The position numbers were made by a program, and so were the translations under genes. From Mobula hypostoma (Eukaryota), in contig NC_086097.1 in NCBI RefSeq assembly GCF_963921235.1, positions 149,422,001 through 149,486,000 of the forward strand: 64,000 nt of DNA. Direction: 5' to 3'. Under the pieces are notes generated by a model. It saw only the letters and a list, made by a program, of their open reading frames with translations. It did not search any database and had not been told where the DNA came from. Below are positions 1-13,159 of the stretch, piece by piece (within the stretch, counting starts at the first letter, position 1; the number at the start of each line of letters is the position of its first letter).

Positions 1-232
1 TAATTGAAATAAACAGGAAAGGAACTTTATGCCCAAAGGCCAGTCAGTTTTCTTATGGCCAAATCATACTTTAAGTGCATTTTTCTATTCTCCAGGTACA
101 TTTTTAATTATTTTCCAAATATGCTATAAGTGTTACCCACAGTAATCAGTTGATACTGAAGCCCTTTTTTTCATCAATTTACTTGCATAGGGAGCACCCA
201 AAATGCAGAAACCACATGACTACTTTACCATA

Positions 233-1565
233 GATATAAGAACATAAGAAATAGGAGCAGGAGTAGGCCATCTGATTGCTCACTTCTTCATTCAATAAAA
301 TCATGGCTGAAGTGGCTGTGGACTCAGCTCCATCTACCTGCCTATTCTCCATAACGCTGCTATGCAAAAATCTATCGAACTGTAAATATATTTAATTGGG
401 TACTTAACTGGTTCCTGGGCAGAGAATTCCACAGATTTAGTTTTCTCTGGGAAAAACAGTTTCTCCTCATCTCCAACCTAAATCTACTCCCCAAATCTTG
501 AGGTTATATTCCTAGTTCTAATTAGCTACTATGTTCTAATTCTATGTTGCCTACTAGTGGAAACAAGTTTCCTGCTTCTATCTTATTTATCCATTTTATG
601 ATAATGATATGTTTCTATGAGATCCCCTCTCATTCTCATGAATTCCAGCAAGTATAGTCCCGGGAGGCTGAATCTTTCCTCATATACTAACCCCCTCCTC
701 TCTGGAATCAACCTGGTGAACCTCATCTGCACAGCCTCCAAAGCCTCTCAAATTAACAGAACAGAACTGCACACAGCACTCCAAGTGCACCCTCACCAGT
801 GCTCTGTACAGTGGAAGCATAATCTTCCGGCTCTAAATTTCAATTCCCCAAGCAATGAAGGCCAAGTTTCCATTTGCAATCTCAATTACCTGTTGCACCT
901 GCAAACCAATCTTTTGAAATACGTGCACAAGCATTCCCAAACCCCTCTGCACAACAGCATGTTGCAATCTTTCACTATTTAAATAATAATCTCATCTTCT
1001 ACTTTTCCTTCCAAGATGGGTGATTTTACATTTACCAACGTCCATCAGCTAAATTCTTGCCCACTCAATTAAGCCATCTACAGTGTATCTCTCTGTAGAC
1101 TCTGCACAATTTGCTTTTCCGCTCAGCTTAGTTTCATCAGCAAGCATAGACATGCTACACTCAGCCCCCTCATCCAAATCATTAATGTATATCACGCACA
1201 GTTGTGGGTTCAGCGCTAACACCTGTGGCACTCTGCTCATCATTGACTTTCAAGCAGAGAAACACTCATTTATCTGAACTTTCTGCTTTTAATTGGTTAA
1301 CCAATCCTCAGTCTATGCTAACACATTACCCCCAAATCCATACATCCTTATCTTATGGATAAGTCTTTTATGTGGCACCTTATTGAATGCTTTCTGTAAA
1401 TTGAACAATATAGCAGCCACCTGTTCCTCACTATCCACTGCGCTCATTGCATCCTCAAAGAATTCCAGTAGGTTTGTCAAAAAGGACCTGACCTTTATGA
1501 ATCCATACTGTGTCTGTCTGATGGAATCATTTCAATTCAGTTATCTTGCTATTTCTTCCTTAACT
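233..1565 (-). mobile_element. Decayed CR1-type LINE, 3' portion
   Basis: Minus-strand RT remnant (RVPQVLAL.PQL..IYINDLDEGAECSMSMLADETKL) and the reverse complement of the CR1 3' tail (cataagaaataggagcaggagtaggccat). Boundaries approximate. Confidence 0.8.
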
Positions 1566-2231
1566 CTTCCTGACATAGTTACATGTGGCCCATATCACCC
1601 AAGTTTCTACATCAAAGATAAGCTTTCTCTTAACACCTCTGCTGTCATTGACTGACTTATTGACCAACCTTTGATTATTACCATTTATTCCAAAGGCCTT
1701 CTTGTATTCACTGATGTGGTTGCTCAGTAACTATTCCTTTTGCCTGCATCCAACTAGGACAGCAAACATACATATTATCCTTCATCTATTTTTCCCAAGT
1801 CATATCTGCTTCCTAAAGGACAATAGAGCTTCCACGATCAGCACTGCAGAGAGAAAAAAAGAGACATTGTTCGCTCTGGCCTGATTGTGGGGATCTTCTG
1901 ATGATACAGCACATCTCCAAGGTCACAGTGGTTTTATCTCCCCTGTATTTCCTGCAGCTTCACAAACTTCTTTTGTCTTATTTCAGTTCTGAGAAAGCAC
2001 CTCTGACCTAAAAAGGTGACATTAGCACAAAGCTAAAGCCTGCTCAGCTCTGAATTTGTTAGCTTGATTGAACAAACTGAGCTCACCTTGGTTAATGGCC
2101 AATTCCACCAGCTGAATGCCATAGAATATTTCCCTACCCTGCATTTTCCCAATGCTCAAACCCTTTAGTACATTGAATATGTTGAAACATAGTTGATATC
2201 TCTGACAATTCTTGTTCTTTTCATTTGTCAG

Positions 2232-2375
2232 GTCTGGAGTTACTGCTGGATGAAATCTATGACAGTATATTTACTGGCCCTCAGACCGCCCACACTTTTA
2301 CAGAGACCGGTATTTACCGAATCCTGAGAAGGAGATTCCTTGCGGTGCAGTTGCTGATTACTGGCAGGTTTAGAT
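2232..2375 (+). CDS. TG: TG coding exon (human exon 7 equivalent), 144 nt
   Basis: tttgtcag|GT CTG GAG...AGA T|gtgag; translates GLELLLDEIYDSIFTGPQTAHTFTETGIYRILRRRFLAVQLLITGRFR(C); phase 1-1. Confidence 0.95.
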
Positions 2376-3244
2376 GTGAGTTCTCATGGAGAAAGATTTA
2401 CAGCCTATTCATTATTGCACAGTATATATATATTATATATTTGTGTGGTATTACTGCAATGGTCCTGCGCCTTTGTTTTGATACACGAGTCCTTTGTGTT
2501 CTGGCTGTAAAGGATCTGAATTGAAAGTGCTTTGGGCCCTATCATCCGACTGTCTACTGGACATGGACACAATGAAATGCTACAGCTGTTGCCAAATTTG
2601 GACCTTGTATGATGCTTCCTGACCTGTGAAAAGTAAATCTTTGTGATCTCTTGTCATGATTGTGACTTGATAGTTTCTCTGGCCCCTCTGAAAAAAATTA
2701 TCCCTCTTTCTCCTGCTGAATTTTAAAAGCAAATTGTTCTTGCATTGTCAACAATAGCGTCTTTTATTGTCCAGAGAAATGGGGAAAAAAAGGCACCCAC
2801 CAGGCCTTTATATTTTATATTTCTTGTTTTGATAGCCTTCTCTCACTACAGTGAATGCCAACGTACTGGCACAGAGAATTAGTGGCAGTATTTGTCTAGC
2901 TCACAATGAAACATTCTCAGAGAAATGCTGCTCATGTCCTTTGGGAAGTGGAGATTTCATAAAAGTATGTAAATGGTTGTTGCAGTAACTCCTGTGCATC
3001 ATACGTATTGATGAAGAAAGCAAGGCGTCCTGGGTCCTTTGTCAAACAAATTGGTCTTTCCTAGTTGTTTTTGTTCTTTCCCTGAGGTGATCAGTGCAGT
3101 TGGCACTGAAATTTAACCTAGGATTCCAATTTCTATGAAACCAAATTTAAAAAACAGTGTACAAGATATATAAGTTGTCATATTGTGCTGGGCACCAGGG
3201 TTACCTTTCTTCTTGAGGATTGAAAGTTATTGCATTCACTCGCC

Positions 3245-3518
3245 CATTATTTATTTATTTAATCTATCTACCTATCGTGAAACGGGCTCTTCCAGCTCAG
3301 CAGTCCACCTATTTAATGCCAGCCTACTCACAGGACAACTTACAATGATCAAAAAGCACTAACCATCTTCGGAACGTGGGAGGAAACCAGAGCACTGGGA
3401 AGGAACCTATGCATTCATGGGGAGGACGCACAAACTCCTTACAGGAGGTGCCGGAACTGAACCCCGATCTCTAGTGCCCCGAGCTGTAATGGCATCGAGC
3501 TAACTGCAATGTTACCAT
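3245..3518 (-). mobile_element. tRNA-derived SINE (V-SINE/HE1-like)
   Basis: gtgggaggaaaccagagcac...ggggaggacgcacaaactccttacag core; tRNA-like head on the minus strand; similar copies at 13160, 31171 and 49185. Confidence 0.7.
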
Positions 3519-4149
3519 AGAAACCCTGACATGACGTGTGAGCGCAAGTCATAGGAAGGAAAGGAAGATATCTATAGGGAGCCAATATGTGTCATTAGTG
3601 GTTTTCGACACTGAGTTGGACCCGGAGGAGCACACAGTAAAGGTGCATACTGAGGAAAAACCATTAATTTCCCACCTATAAACTCAAAGGCTTTGACTCA
3701 TGTTTAGACACAAGCTCCAGAAGCTTACACTCCAACTTGTATTATTATAGGGGAGGGAATATTTCACTGTTGCTCAGGAGGAGCAGCAGAGCAGCTCTCA
3801 GAGAGGATATTCTGGACCAATCGGCTAGTTGGGCTATATGGGTAGAACGCAGTTATCGTTTTATGGGATTATAGAACACGCAGTATGAACAATTCTAATA
3901 GTCAAAAAGAAATATGTTGGTGATCACAGTAAGGTGTGAAAACAATAGCATAGTGGCAGTTGCAGATTTTAACTTTCCAAATATTGACTGAGATAGCTTT
4001 ATATAAATGGCTGAGATGGGATGAAAGTTTAATACAGTAAGTTGACTCCTAATAAGGAGGGGGCTGTACTTGACCTTGTGTTAAGGACTGAGGATGGGAA
4101 AGTGGTAGAAGTCTCTGTGGAATTTGGGAATAATGACCATAAAACATCG

Positions 4150-4680
4150 AACAGAAAAGGACAGACTGTCCCTTTAGCTCACCATACCTGTGTCAAACAA
4201 GATGCTGTTTTAAACTAATCTCATCTGCTTGCACATGGTCTATATCCCTCAGTTTTGTCATGTACTTGTCCAAATGCCTCTTAAGCATTGGCAATCTATC
4301 TGCTTCCACCAATTCTGGCAGTGTGTGCATTTCAGGCACCCACTACTCTCTGTGTAAAAAGAAAATTGCCTCACACATCTCCTTTACATTTCTCCTGTTC
4401 ACTTAAAGCTATAGCCTCTATTGTTTGTCATTTCCACCTTGTGAAATAGATGCTGACCATGCCTTTAACAATTTTATATACTTTTATCAGGTCATCCCTC
4501 AGTCTCCAAGACTCTGTAGAAAATAATCCAAGTTTGTTCAAACTCTCTTCCTGGTGATCCTCTTTTACACCCTCTCAAAAGCCCCTACATCCTTTCTGAA
4601 ATGTGGCGATTAGAACTGACACAATATTCCAAATGTGACCTAGATCAAAGTTTTATACACTTGCAGGATGACTTTCCAAC
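4150..4680 (-). mobile_element. Old CR1 3' fragment
   Basis: Similar to the minus-strand CR1 3' fragments at 24390, 42870 and 61975. Confidence 0.6.
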
Positions 4681-4827
4681 AAGTAAACGCTACGTATGTA
4701 TGCCTTCTGATGCCATAAATAAAATTTCAAAAAAAAACAAACGAGAAAAGATATTGACACATCAAAACATAAAATTGAAATGATCCTTGAATTTAAATTT
4801 GCATCTGGGTTTTATCCATTGTTATAG

Positions 4828-5013
4828 GCCCAACGAGATGTGAAATTGAGAGGTTTACAGCGGCTTCATTTGATGATGTCTTCACTCCATCATGTGATGA
4901 CGATGGGAACTATCTGCCCATACAATGTCAGAAGGGGGGTCAATGCTGGTGTTCAGATCCCAATGGAGAGGAACTGCTTGGAACAAGGCAGCAGGGAAGA
5001 AAACCTAACTGTG
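4828..5013 (+). CDS. TG: TG coding exon (exon 8 equivalent), Tg type-1 repeat, 186 nt
   Basis: ttatag|GC CCA ACG...TGT G|gtaag; CPTRCEIERFTAASFDDVFTPSCDDDGNYLPIQCQKGGQCWCSDPNGEELLGTRQQGRKPNC. This frame is not shown in the ORF track. Confidence 0.95.
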
Positions 5014-5504
5014 GTAAGTTTTTGCTGGTTCTTTTATCACTACTTATATTTCCAGTGTGTCCCTGGATCTTCTCCTATTCTATTGTCCTTCCAACAAGTC
5101 TAAGGATATTCAACTATTTAATGAGCAGAAAGGCTGGATACATATTGTACCTGATCTTTCATCTTTCTCCCTACTGTAACTGGTACATTGCCTCATTCAC
5201 TTTCAGCTGTGGCTCACTAATAATACACATGCATCCAAATCCAAAGGTTTCAAAAGCTATATAAGAACATAATAACTTCAAAAAGGAGCAGGAGAGGCCA
5301 TCTGGGCTGTCAAGCATGTTCCTCCATTCATATGGCCATAGCTGATCTGGCAGGGAACTGAACCCTACCTACCTGAATTTTCCTCATTCCCCTTAATTCC
5401 CCTGCTTTGCAAAAATCCAGCTGTGTTTTAAATATATTTATTGAGGTATCTTCTGTTATTTATCTGAGCAGAGAAATCCACAGATTCACTATTCTCTGGA
5501 AAAG

Positions 5505-6961
5505 AGGGAAAGAGCAAGAGGATAAGACATGAGAGAATAGGACCAATCAAATGCGACAATGGAAGAGTGTGTATGGAACCGGCGGAGATAGCAGAGTTAC
5601 TTAATGAATACTTTGCTTCAGTATTCACTACAGAAAAGGATCTTAGCAATCGTAGGGATGACTTACAGTGGATTGAAAAGCTTGAGCATATAGACATTAA
5701 GAAGGAGGATGTGCTGGAGCATTTGGAAAGCATCAAGTTGGATAAGTCTCTGAGGCTGAGGAGATGTACCCCAAGCTACTTTGGGAGCCGAGGGAGGAGA
5801 TTGATGAGCCTCTGGCGATGATCTTTGCATCATCAGTGGGGACGGGAGAGGTTCCAGAGGATTGGAGGGTTGCAGATGTTGTTCTCTTATTCAAGAAAGG
5901 GAGTTAGAGGTAGCCCAGAAAATTATAAACCAGTGAGTCTTACTTCAGTGATTGGTAAGTTGATGGAAAAAATTCTGAGAGACAGGATTTATGAACATTT
6001 GGAGAGGCATGATATGATTAGGAATAGTCAGCATGACTTTTTCAAATGCAAGTTGTGTCTTATGAGCCTGATTAAATTTTTTGAGGATGTGACTAAACAC
6101 ATTGATGAAGGTAGGGTAGTAGATGTAGTGTAAATGGATTACAGCAAGGCTTATTGAGAAAGTAAGGAGGCATAGGATCCAAGGGACTTTGCTTTGTGGA
6201 TCCAGAACTGGCTTGCTCACAGAAGGGAAAGAGTGGTTGTAGATGGGTCATAGTCAGCATGGAGGTCGGTGACCGGTGGTGTGCCTCAGGGATCTGTTCT
6301 GGGACCCCTTCTCTTCATGATTTTTGTAAATGATCTGGATGAGGAAGTGGAGGGATGGGTTAGTAGATTTGCTGATGACACAAAGGTTGGGGGTGTTGTG
6401 GATAGTGTGGATGGCTGTCAGAGGTTACAACGGGACATTGATAGGATGCAAAACTGGGCTGAGAAGTGACAGATGGAGTTCAACCCAGATAAGTGTGAAG
6501 TGGTTCATTTTGGTAGGTCAAATATGATGGCAGAATATAGTATTAATGGTAAGACTCTTGGCAGTGTGGTGGATCAGAGGGATCTTGGGGTCCGTGTCCA
6601 TAGGACACTCAAAACTGCTGCACAGGCTGATTCTGTGATTAAGAAGGTATATGGTGCAATGGCTCACACAAGAGGGCATATTTTTAAGGTGCTTGGAAGT
6701 AGGTACAGAGGAGATGTCAGAGGTAGGTTTCTTACACAGAGAGTGGTGAGTGCATGGAATGGGCTGCCGGCTACGATGATGGTGGCTGATATGATGGGGT
6801 CTTTTAAGAGACTCCTGGACAGGTACATGGAGCTCAGAAAAATAGAGGACTATGGGTAACCCCTAGGTAATTTCTAAAATAAGTACGTGTTCGGTACAGC
6901 ATTGTGGGTCGAAGGGCCTGTATTGCACTGTAGGTTTTCTATGTTTCTATGTTTATATGCT
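5505..6961 (+). mobile_element. 5'-truncated CR1 LINE (RT region) nested in an older antisense CR1
   Basis: [46 protein letters not shown]; 3' (ttctatgt)n tail. The host CR1 (about 5262-5504 and 6962-7240) is interrupted at aaaag. Confidence 0.92.
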
Positions 6962-7864
6962 AAAAGCAGTTTCTCCTCATCTCCATCCTAAATCTACTCC
7001 CTCAAATTATGAGGCTCTGTTCCCTAGTTCTAGTCTCACTTACCACTGGACTCAACTTTCCTGTTTCTATCTTATTTGTCTCTTTCATAATAGTATTTAT
7101 TTCCAAGAATACAACATCCACCTGTACCCCTTTATCCACCGCACTCATCAAATCATCAAAGAACTCCAGTAAGTACTTCAGATAGAATCTGCCCTTCAAG
7201 AATCCATGCTGTGTCTGTCTGTTGGATCCTCTTCTATCCAGGACATGACTAAGCAAGCTGTCAAAGACCTTTTTGAGATATTTCACACTTCAAGTTGTTC
7301 TACACATCCCTGTAGCACTATATTGCCCAAGAGCCTGTTGTACCTGAGGTTTATCATTTTAGATTCGGATGGGTAGGGGTAGGTAACAAGTCAACACTGC
7401 ATTCTTGAGAAAGATAAATCCTACTTGTGGAACAGAGGTTAACTCTGACACCAAGTTCTGGGACAATGTATTTCAATATGTGAATAATGGCAAGAAAATA
7501 GTAACCTGTATTACAAATGATTATTGTGTTTTAGCAACTTCAGCCAAAGTTTGCAAGAAATACTTAGTTAATAACAAATGGATAAACTAAATTCAATTGG
7601 TTCAGAACAAGAGTAATGGCATTTGTTAGAATTAAGCATTTCAAGATTAAAATCAGAAATCCTCTATTTGGAATTTGCTTCTTCGAGAAGCTACTCAAGT
7701 TTGAGTAAGATGGACTTGTAAGAACATAGAGTATGAGGATATTAAAGACTATAAAGTTGCTAAATGGGATTGAAGGTACAGATCCAGAAACATCTAACTG
7801 AATATTGATTGACCTGTTCATGCTGCCAATTTCATGTATCTGTAACTGATCTTTTAAATTCCAG

Positions 7865-8989
7865 GGGATAGTGGAAGTGACTGTGAATCTGAAAGGAAAC
7901 GTATGTTGTCATGGCTTTTCTATGGACCGGTTGGTCACTTCAGTCAACACAATATTTTCACTCTGCCTGCATCTTCACCTCAAGTTCTTGAAAAAATTAG
8001 CAAGGCTCTCAGCCACTGCAGCCCAGATCTGAATGAGTTGTTGGTAAAATCAGATTTTCTGGTTTCCATGCTCCAGGCTGTAGAGTCAGACACTGGCAAT
8101 TTCAATCTAGAAGTGATTCTGGGTGAGTTTGTGGAACAAATGTTTCTATCTAAGGACCTTGCACTTACTGCTCTTCAGTTCTCTGCGAACTCCAAATTCT
8201 TCATAGAAAATCTGTTTGGGGGCAAATTTCTGAAAAATGTGGGTCAGTTCAATTTCACTGGCAGTCTTGGAAGCATGGGAGCTTTTAATTTCAGTCAGTT
8301 CTTCCAGCAGATTGGCTTAACTGGAATGTACAGTGGAGGAAATTTTGTGGAACTTGCCAAGTTGTTTTCACCCCTCGAAGACTCTTACCTTTCAAAAGGA
8401 GCAGCAGGATTCTCCAGGGACACCTTCAATTTGAATCAGACAATTCTGGACAACTTTGGACGGGCAGTTAACTTACAGGAGAACCAGAACATTGTAAGAC
8501 TTATGGCATCACTTTTTGAGCAACGTAATGTTCTCAGGATATTGCAAGAAATCATCAGCTTTTTTGATGCAGATGATGGCAGTTTATCTGAAATCATCCA
8601 GCTACTTTTAAGAAGTGCCAGACTGGGAATTTGTGATCATCGGAACTCAAAGCTGTTTGTTCCCAGGTGCACTAGAGACGGTGACTATGAGGAAGTCCAG
8701 TGTCAAGGCTCACACCTTGATTCGTGTGTGGTCAATCAAAGATTGGAGGTTCCAAACACAAAAGTTCAGGGTCAAAGGCCACAATGTTCCACGCTGTGTG
8801 AGCAACAACGTCAGAGTTCTATACTCATGAAAGAGCAGCAGCCAGCTGGATCTGATGTGTTTGTTCCTTCATGTGGAGCAGAAGGTGGTTTTCTATCCAT
8901 GCAATGTGATGGGATGAGTTGCTTCTGTGTGGACCTGCAGGGCAGGCAGATTCCTGGAATAAGAAAACCAGATGGAGAAAGCATGAAGT
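7865..8989 (+). CDS. TG: TG large coding exon (exon 9 equivalent), spacer plus Tg type-1 repeats, 1125 nt
   Basis: ttccag|GG GAT AGT...ATG AAG T|gtaagt; in frame with ORF 7903..9123; LALQFSANSK...NLFGGKFLKNVGQFNFTGSLG...FNFSQFFQQ and QPAGSDVFVPSC...CFCVD. Confidence 0.96.
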
Positions 8990-9589
8990 GTAAGTTTCAT
9001 TACCTCAGTGGTGATTTGTCTATCAAAATTTGCATCTGCACAGATACTACATTAATCTTGAGTAGTCAATTTAAGGACAATAAAGTAGATGGAGTTGATT
9101 TGTCAGGCTTTTTCCAGAAATGATCTCTTACTATAGGTGAAGCAGTTTTCATTTTCAAATTCTGAGCGTTAATTGAAATCAATAGAATGAAGACCCCTTT
9201 GATTCTGCAAAGAACAAATAATCCATTACATAAATTAATGTAAAAACATGAACACAAGAATAGATAGGAACCAAAAAAAGGATCAATTAAACTAAACATT
9301 TTGATAATTACTGATGGATTTCAACATCACAAGTGATAAATTAGGCTAGATAAATTCTGTCAAATTGCTTCACATAGTCCAGAGAAATTGGGATTATTCT
9401 CTTGGAACAGGAAAGATAAAATGGTAATTTAAGAGATTTTAGAGGGGTGTTCAAAGTTACGGGGAGTTTTGCTGAAATAATTAAATGATAAGTATTTCAT
9501 CAGGTTGGTGTTGTAACCAAGGCCACAGAGTTAGGATAGTTGTCTAATGAACTGGGGAGAAAAGAAGCTGTTTATTTATGCAGTGATTT

Positions 9590-10140
9590 AGTCATAGACA
9601 TTATAACATCAAATAGTACAGCATGGGAACAGACCCTTTGTCTCAAGATACTGTGTTAAACTAATTAAGCTAATGACACTGAATCCCTTCTGCCTGTACA
9701 TATTCCATATCGCTCCATGCTCTATGTTTAACAGCCTGTCCAACTACTTTTATTGTATCTGTCTCCACGACAACTCCTGACGGCACATTCCAAGCACTTA
9801 CCACTTCCCTGTGAAAAAAACTAACCCTGCCTACCTCCTTTGAACTTTCCTCATCTGACCTGAAATGCATGCCCCCGAAAATGAGAAGCGTCAATCTTGG
9901 GGAAAATGTCAAGGCCTCTCATAATTTTATTTACTTCTATCAGATCTTTGCCCAGCCTCTGTTGCTTCATAGAAAAGGACTCTACTTTATCTAACGTCTC
10001 CTTATAGCACATGCCCTTTAATCTAAACAGAGTTCTAGTAAACCTCTTTGGAATCTTCTCTGTAGCCAGCACAGCTTTTCTGTAGCAAACAACCAGAATT
10101 GAGAGCAATACTCCGGATGCTGGCTAGTCAGAGTTTTATA
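9590..10140 (-). mobile_element. Old CR1 3' fragment
   Basis: Minus ORFs resemble the CR1 ORF2 C-terminus (KRFTRTL..., FFHREVVSAWN). Confidence 0.7.
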
Positions 10141-10429
10141 AGCAGGCTTGTTATTGTCTTAAATATGCTAATTAAAAGAGTGATGGAAGATCTAATAGTA
10201 ACCTAATATAACCTTATAACAGCTTCAACTACCTCTCAGAATACTTTTCTAGCTTTAATTGAATGTTAAAATGTCTCCAGGGTTATTCCTGAGTTCATTT
10301 TAGGATTACCAAAGTGTGTGCATACATCTTCTTTACATTAAAGAAACATATTTCAGACTGAAGTGCAGAATATTTTGTTTACTGTGCATGGCCTTAATCT
10401 CACTAAACTACTGAAACAGGAACAGAAAT

Positions 10430-12485
10430 GAGAGTGTACTGGAGCAAAAGTGAGTGTAACAGCCATTACTAAGGATAAGGTGCTTGGGAAGCTGAAAGAT
10501 CTAAACCTAGATAAGTCACCAGGAACAGATAGACTATAGTGTCTGCAGTTTTGGGCTCCTTATCTAAGAAAGAAGGTGCTGGCATTAGAGAGTGTCCAGA
10601 GGAGGTCCACAAGAATTATTCTGGCAATGAAAGAGTTAACAAATGAGAAGCATTCGATGGCTCCAGACATAAACTCGCTGGAATTTAGAAGAATAAAGGG
10701 GAATCTCATTGAAACCTATCGAATATTGAAAGACTCGAATAGAATGGATGTAGGGAGAATGCTTCCATTAGTGGGGAATCTAGGACCAGAGGGCACAGCC
10801 TCAGAATAGAGGGGCATTTCTTTAGAATGGAGATGCAGAGGAATTTCTTTAGCGTGGATAGGTTCTTGATTAGTAAGAGTGTCACTGGTTACAGAGAGAG
10901 GGAAGGAGAATGGGGTGGAGAGGGATCATAAATCAGCCATGAAGGAATGGTGGAGAAGACTCAACGGGCCAAATGGCCTGAATGTGCTTCAATGACTTAT
11001 CGTCAACATCCCAGTATAATGAAAGTAGTAGCTGAAGAAATTGTGGGGGCATTAGCAGTGATACTTCAAAAATGACTAGATTTTGGAATGGTTCCGGTGA
11101 ACTAGAAAATTGCAAATGTCACTGCACTCTTTAAGAAAGAAGGAAGACAACATAAAGGAATATCAGGCCAGTTTGCTTGACTGCAGTGACTAGGAAGGTG
11201 TTGCATTCCATTATAAAGGATGAGGTTTCAGGGTATTTGGAGCCACATGATAAAGTAGGCCAAAGTCAGTATGGTTTTCTTAAGGGGAAATTTTGCTTGT
11301 CAAATCTGTTGGAATTCTTTGAAGAAATAAAAGGCAGGATAGATAAAGGAGAGACTATGGATGTTGTTTACTTGAATTTGCAGAAGATCCTTGACAGGGT
11401 GCCGCACATGAGGCTGCTAACCCAAGGTTAGAGCCCATAGTATTACAGGAAATGACCTATTATGGATAGAAGATTGACAGATAGGCAGGAGGCAAAGAGT
11501 GGAAATAAAGAGGGCCTTTTCTGGTTGGATTCCAGTGACTGATAGTGCTCCACAGGGATCAGTGTTGGGACCACTTCTTTTTAGATTATAAGTCAATGAT
11601 TTGCAAATGATACGAAGATACATGAAGGGACAGGTAGTGTGGAAGAAGCAGGGTGCCTGCAGAAGGACTTAGATCAGGGGAATGGGCAAAGAAATAGCAG
11701 ATTGGAATACATTTCAGGGAAGTGTGCCATCAAGCACTTTGGCAGAGGTAGACTATTTTATAAACAGGAAGCATATTGGTGCAAAGAAGTCCTGGTGCAA
11801 GGTTCCCTAAAGGTTACCTTTCAGGTTGAGTTGCTGGTAAGGAATGTAAATGTAGCTTTCATTTCATTAGGACCAGAATATAAAAGCAAGGATGCAATGC
11901 TGAGGCTTTATAAGACCTTGGTCAGACCATACGGAGTATTCTGAGTAAATTTGGGCCCCTTAGCGAAGAAAAGATGTGCTGGCAATGGAGAGGGTCCAGA
12001 GGAGGTTCACGAGAATAATTCTAAGAGTGAAAGGGTTAATGTATGAGGAGTATTTGACAACTCCAGGCCTGTACCTGCTGGAGTTTGGAAGAATGATGGG
12101 ATCTCATTGAAACTTATCAAATATTGAAAGGCCTGGATACCACGGACATGGAGAGTATGTTTCATGTAGTGGAGGAGTCTAGGACCAGTGGGCATAGCCT
12201 CAGAATACAAGGACATCACTTTATAGCTGAGATGAAGAGGAATTTCTTTAGCCAGAGGGTGATGAATCTGTGGAATTCATTGCCAAAGATGGCTGTGCAG
12301 GCCATGTCATTGGGTATATTTAAGGCGGAAGTTGATAGGTTGTTAATTAGTAAGGGCATCAAAGGTTACAGGGAGAAGGCAGGGGAATAGAGTTGAGAGA
12401 GATAATAAATCATCCAAAATGGAATGGTGGAGCAGACTCGATGGGTCAAATGGCCTCATTCTACTCCTATGTCTTATGGTCTTAT
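10430..12485 (+). mobile_element. Decayed and rearranged CR1 LINE fragments
   Basis: [57 protein letters not shown]; two 3' tails at about 10990 and 12480. Confidence 0.85.
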
Positions 12486-12917
12486 CAAAATCAAGAGAGC
12501 TGGAATAATAATTCTGTGAATGTGAGTTTAAAACTTATTTGAAGTTGATAATTTGAATTCAGTTTAACAAAAGAACATCTCACTTTAAAAAATGGTAGAG
12601 GAGTGTCTGTGATGCTATAAAGAGCAATGTTTTAATGATTACACTGAAAAGCATCAGCCTGGCTTAATTGGTGACATTTGCCTTCCAGCAATAAGATTGT
12701 GGACTCGAGTCACATTGTGAAGATTCGATTTTACAATCTAGGCTGATACTTTGGTGCAGTAATGAAGAATTAGTTCTCAATTTAAAACGTTAAACAAATA
12801 TTTTCTTCCTTTCCCTCTCAGCTGAAGAGTCCCATGGTAGTATTGAAGAAAGCTGTCTCTGATGCCCTGGCCAATACTTATACTCCCTCCACTTAACCAA
12901 AACAAACTAGCTGGTCA

Positions 12918-13105
12918 TAATGGGCAGCATCTATGGAAAAGTGTATAATTGACATTTTAGGCTGAGGCTGTTCATCAGGACTGATGAAGAAAGGACTCGA
13001 CCCGAAACATTGACTATACTCTTTGCTGCTTGGCCTGTTGAGTTCCTCCAGCATTTTGTGTGTGTTGCTTGTATTTCCAGCATCTGCAGATTTTCTCTTG
13101 TTTGT
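12918..13105. mobile_element. Inverted pair of Penelope-like terminal repeats with degenerate hammerhead motifs
   Basis: Palindromic centre ttcatcagga/ctgatgaa. The right arm matches the PLE tail (cccgaaacattgact...ttccagcatctgcaga) and the left arm is its reverse complement. Confidence 0.7.
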
Positions 13106-13159
13106 AGTTGGCCATAATCTCATTGTAGTTTAAGGAGTCTTATTATATTTCTAAAAATT

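Noticed and set aside
8990..9123. ORF extension past the exon-9-equivalent donor as an alternative C-terminus (also the read-throughs after other exons)
   Set aside because: Strong gtaagt donor at the conserved position; the extension has no TG similarity and is ordinary intron read-through.
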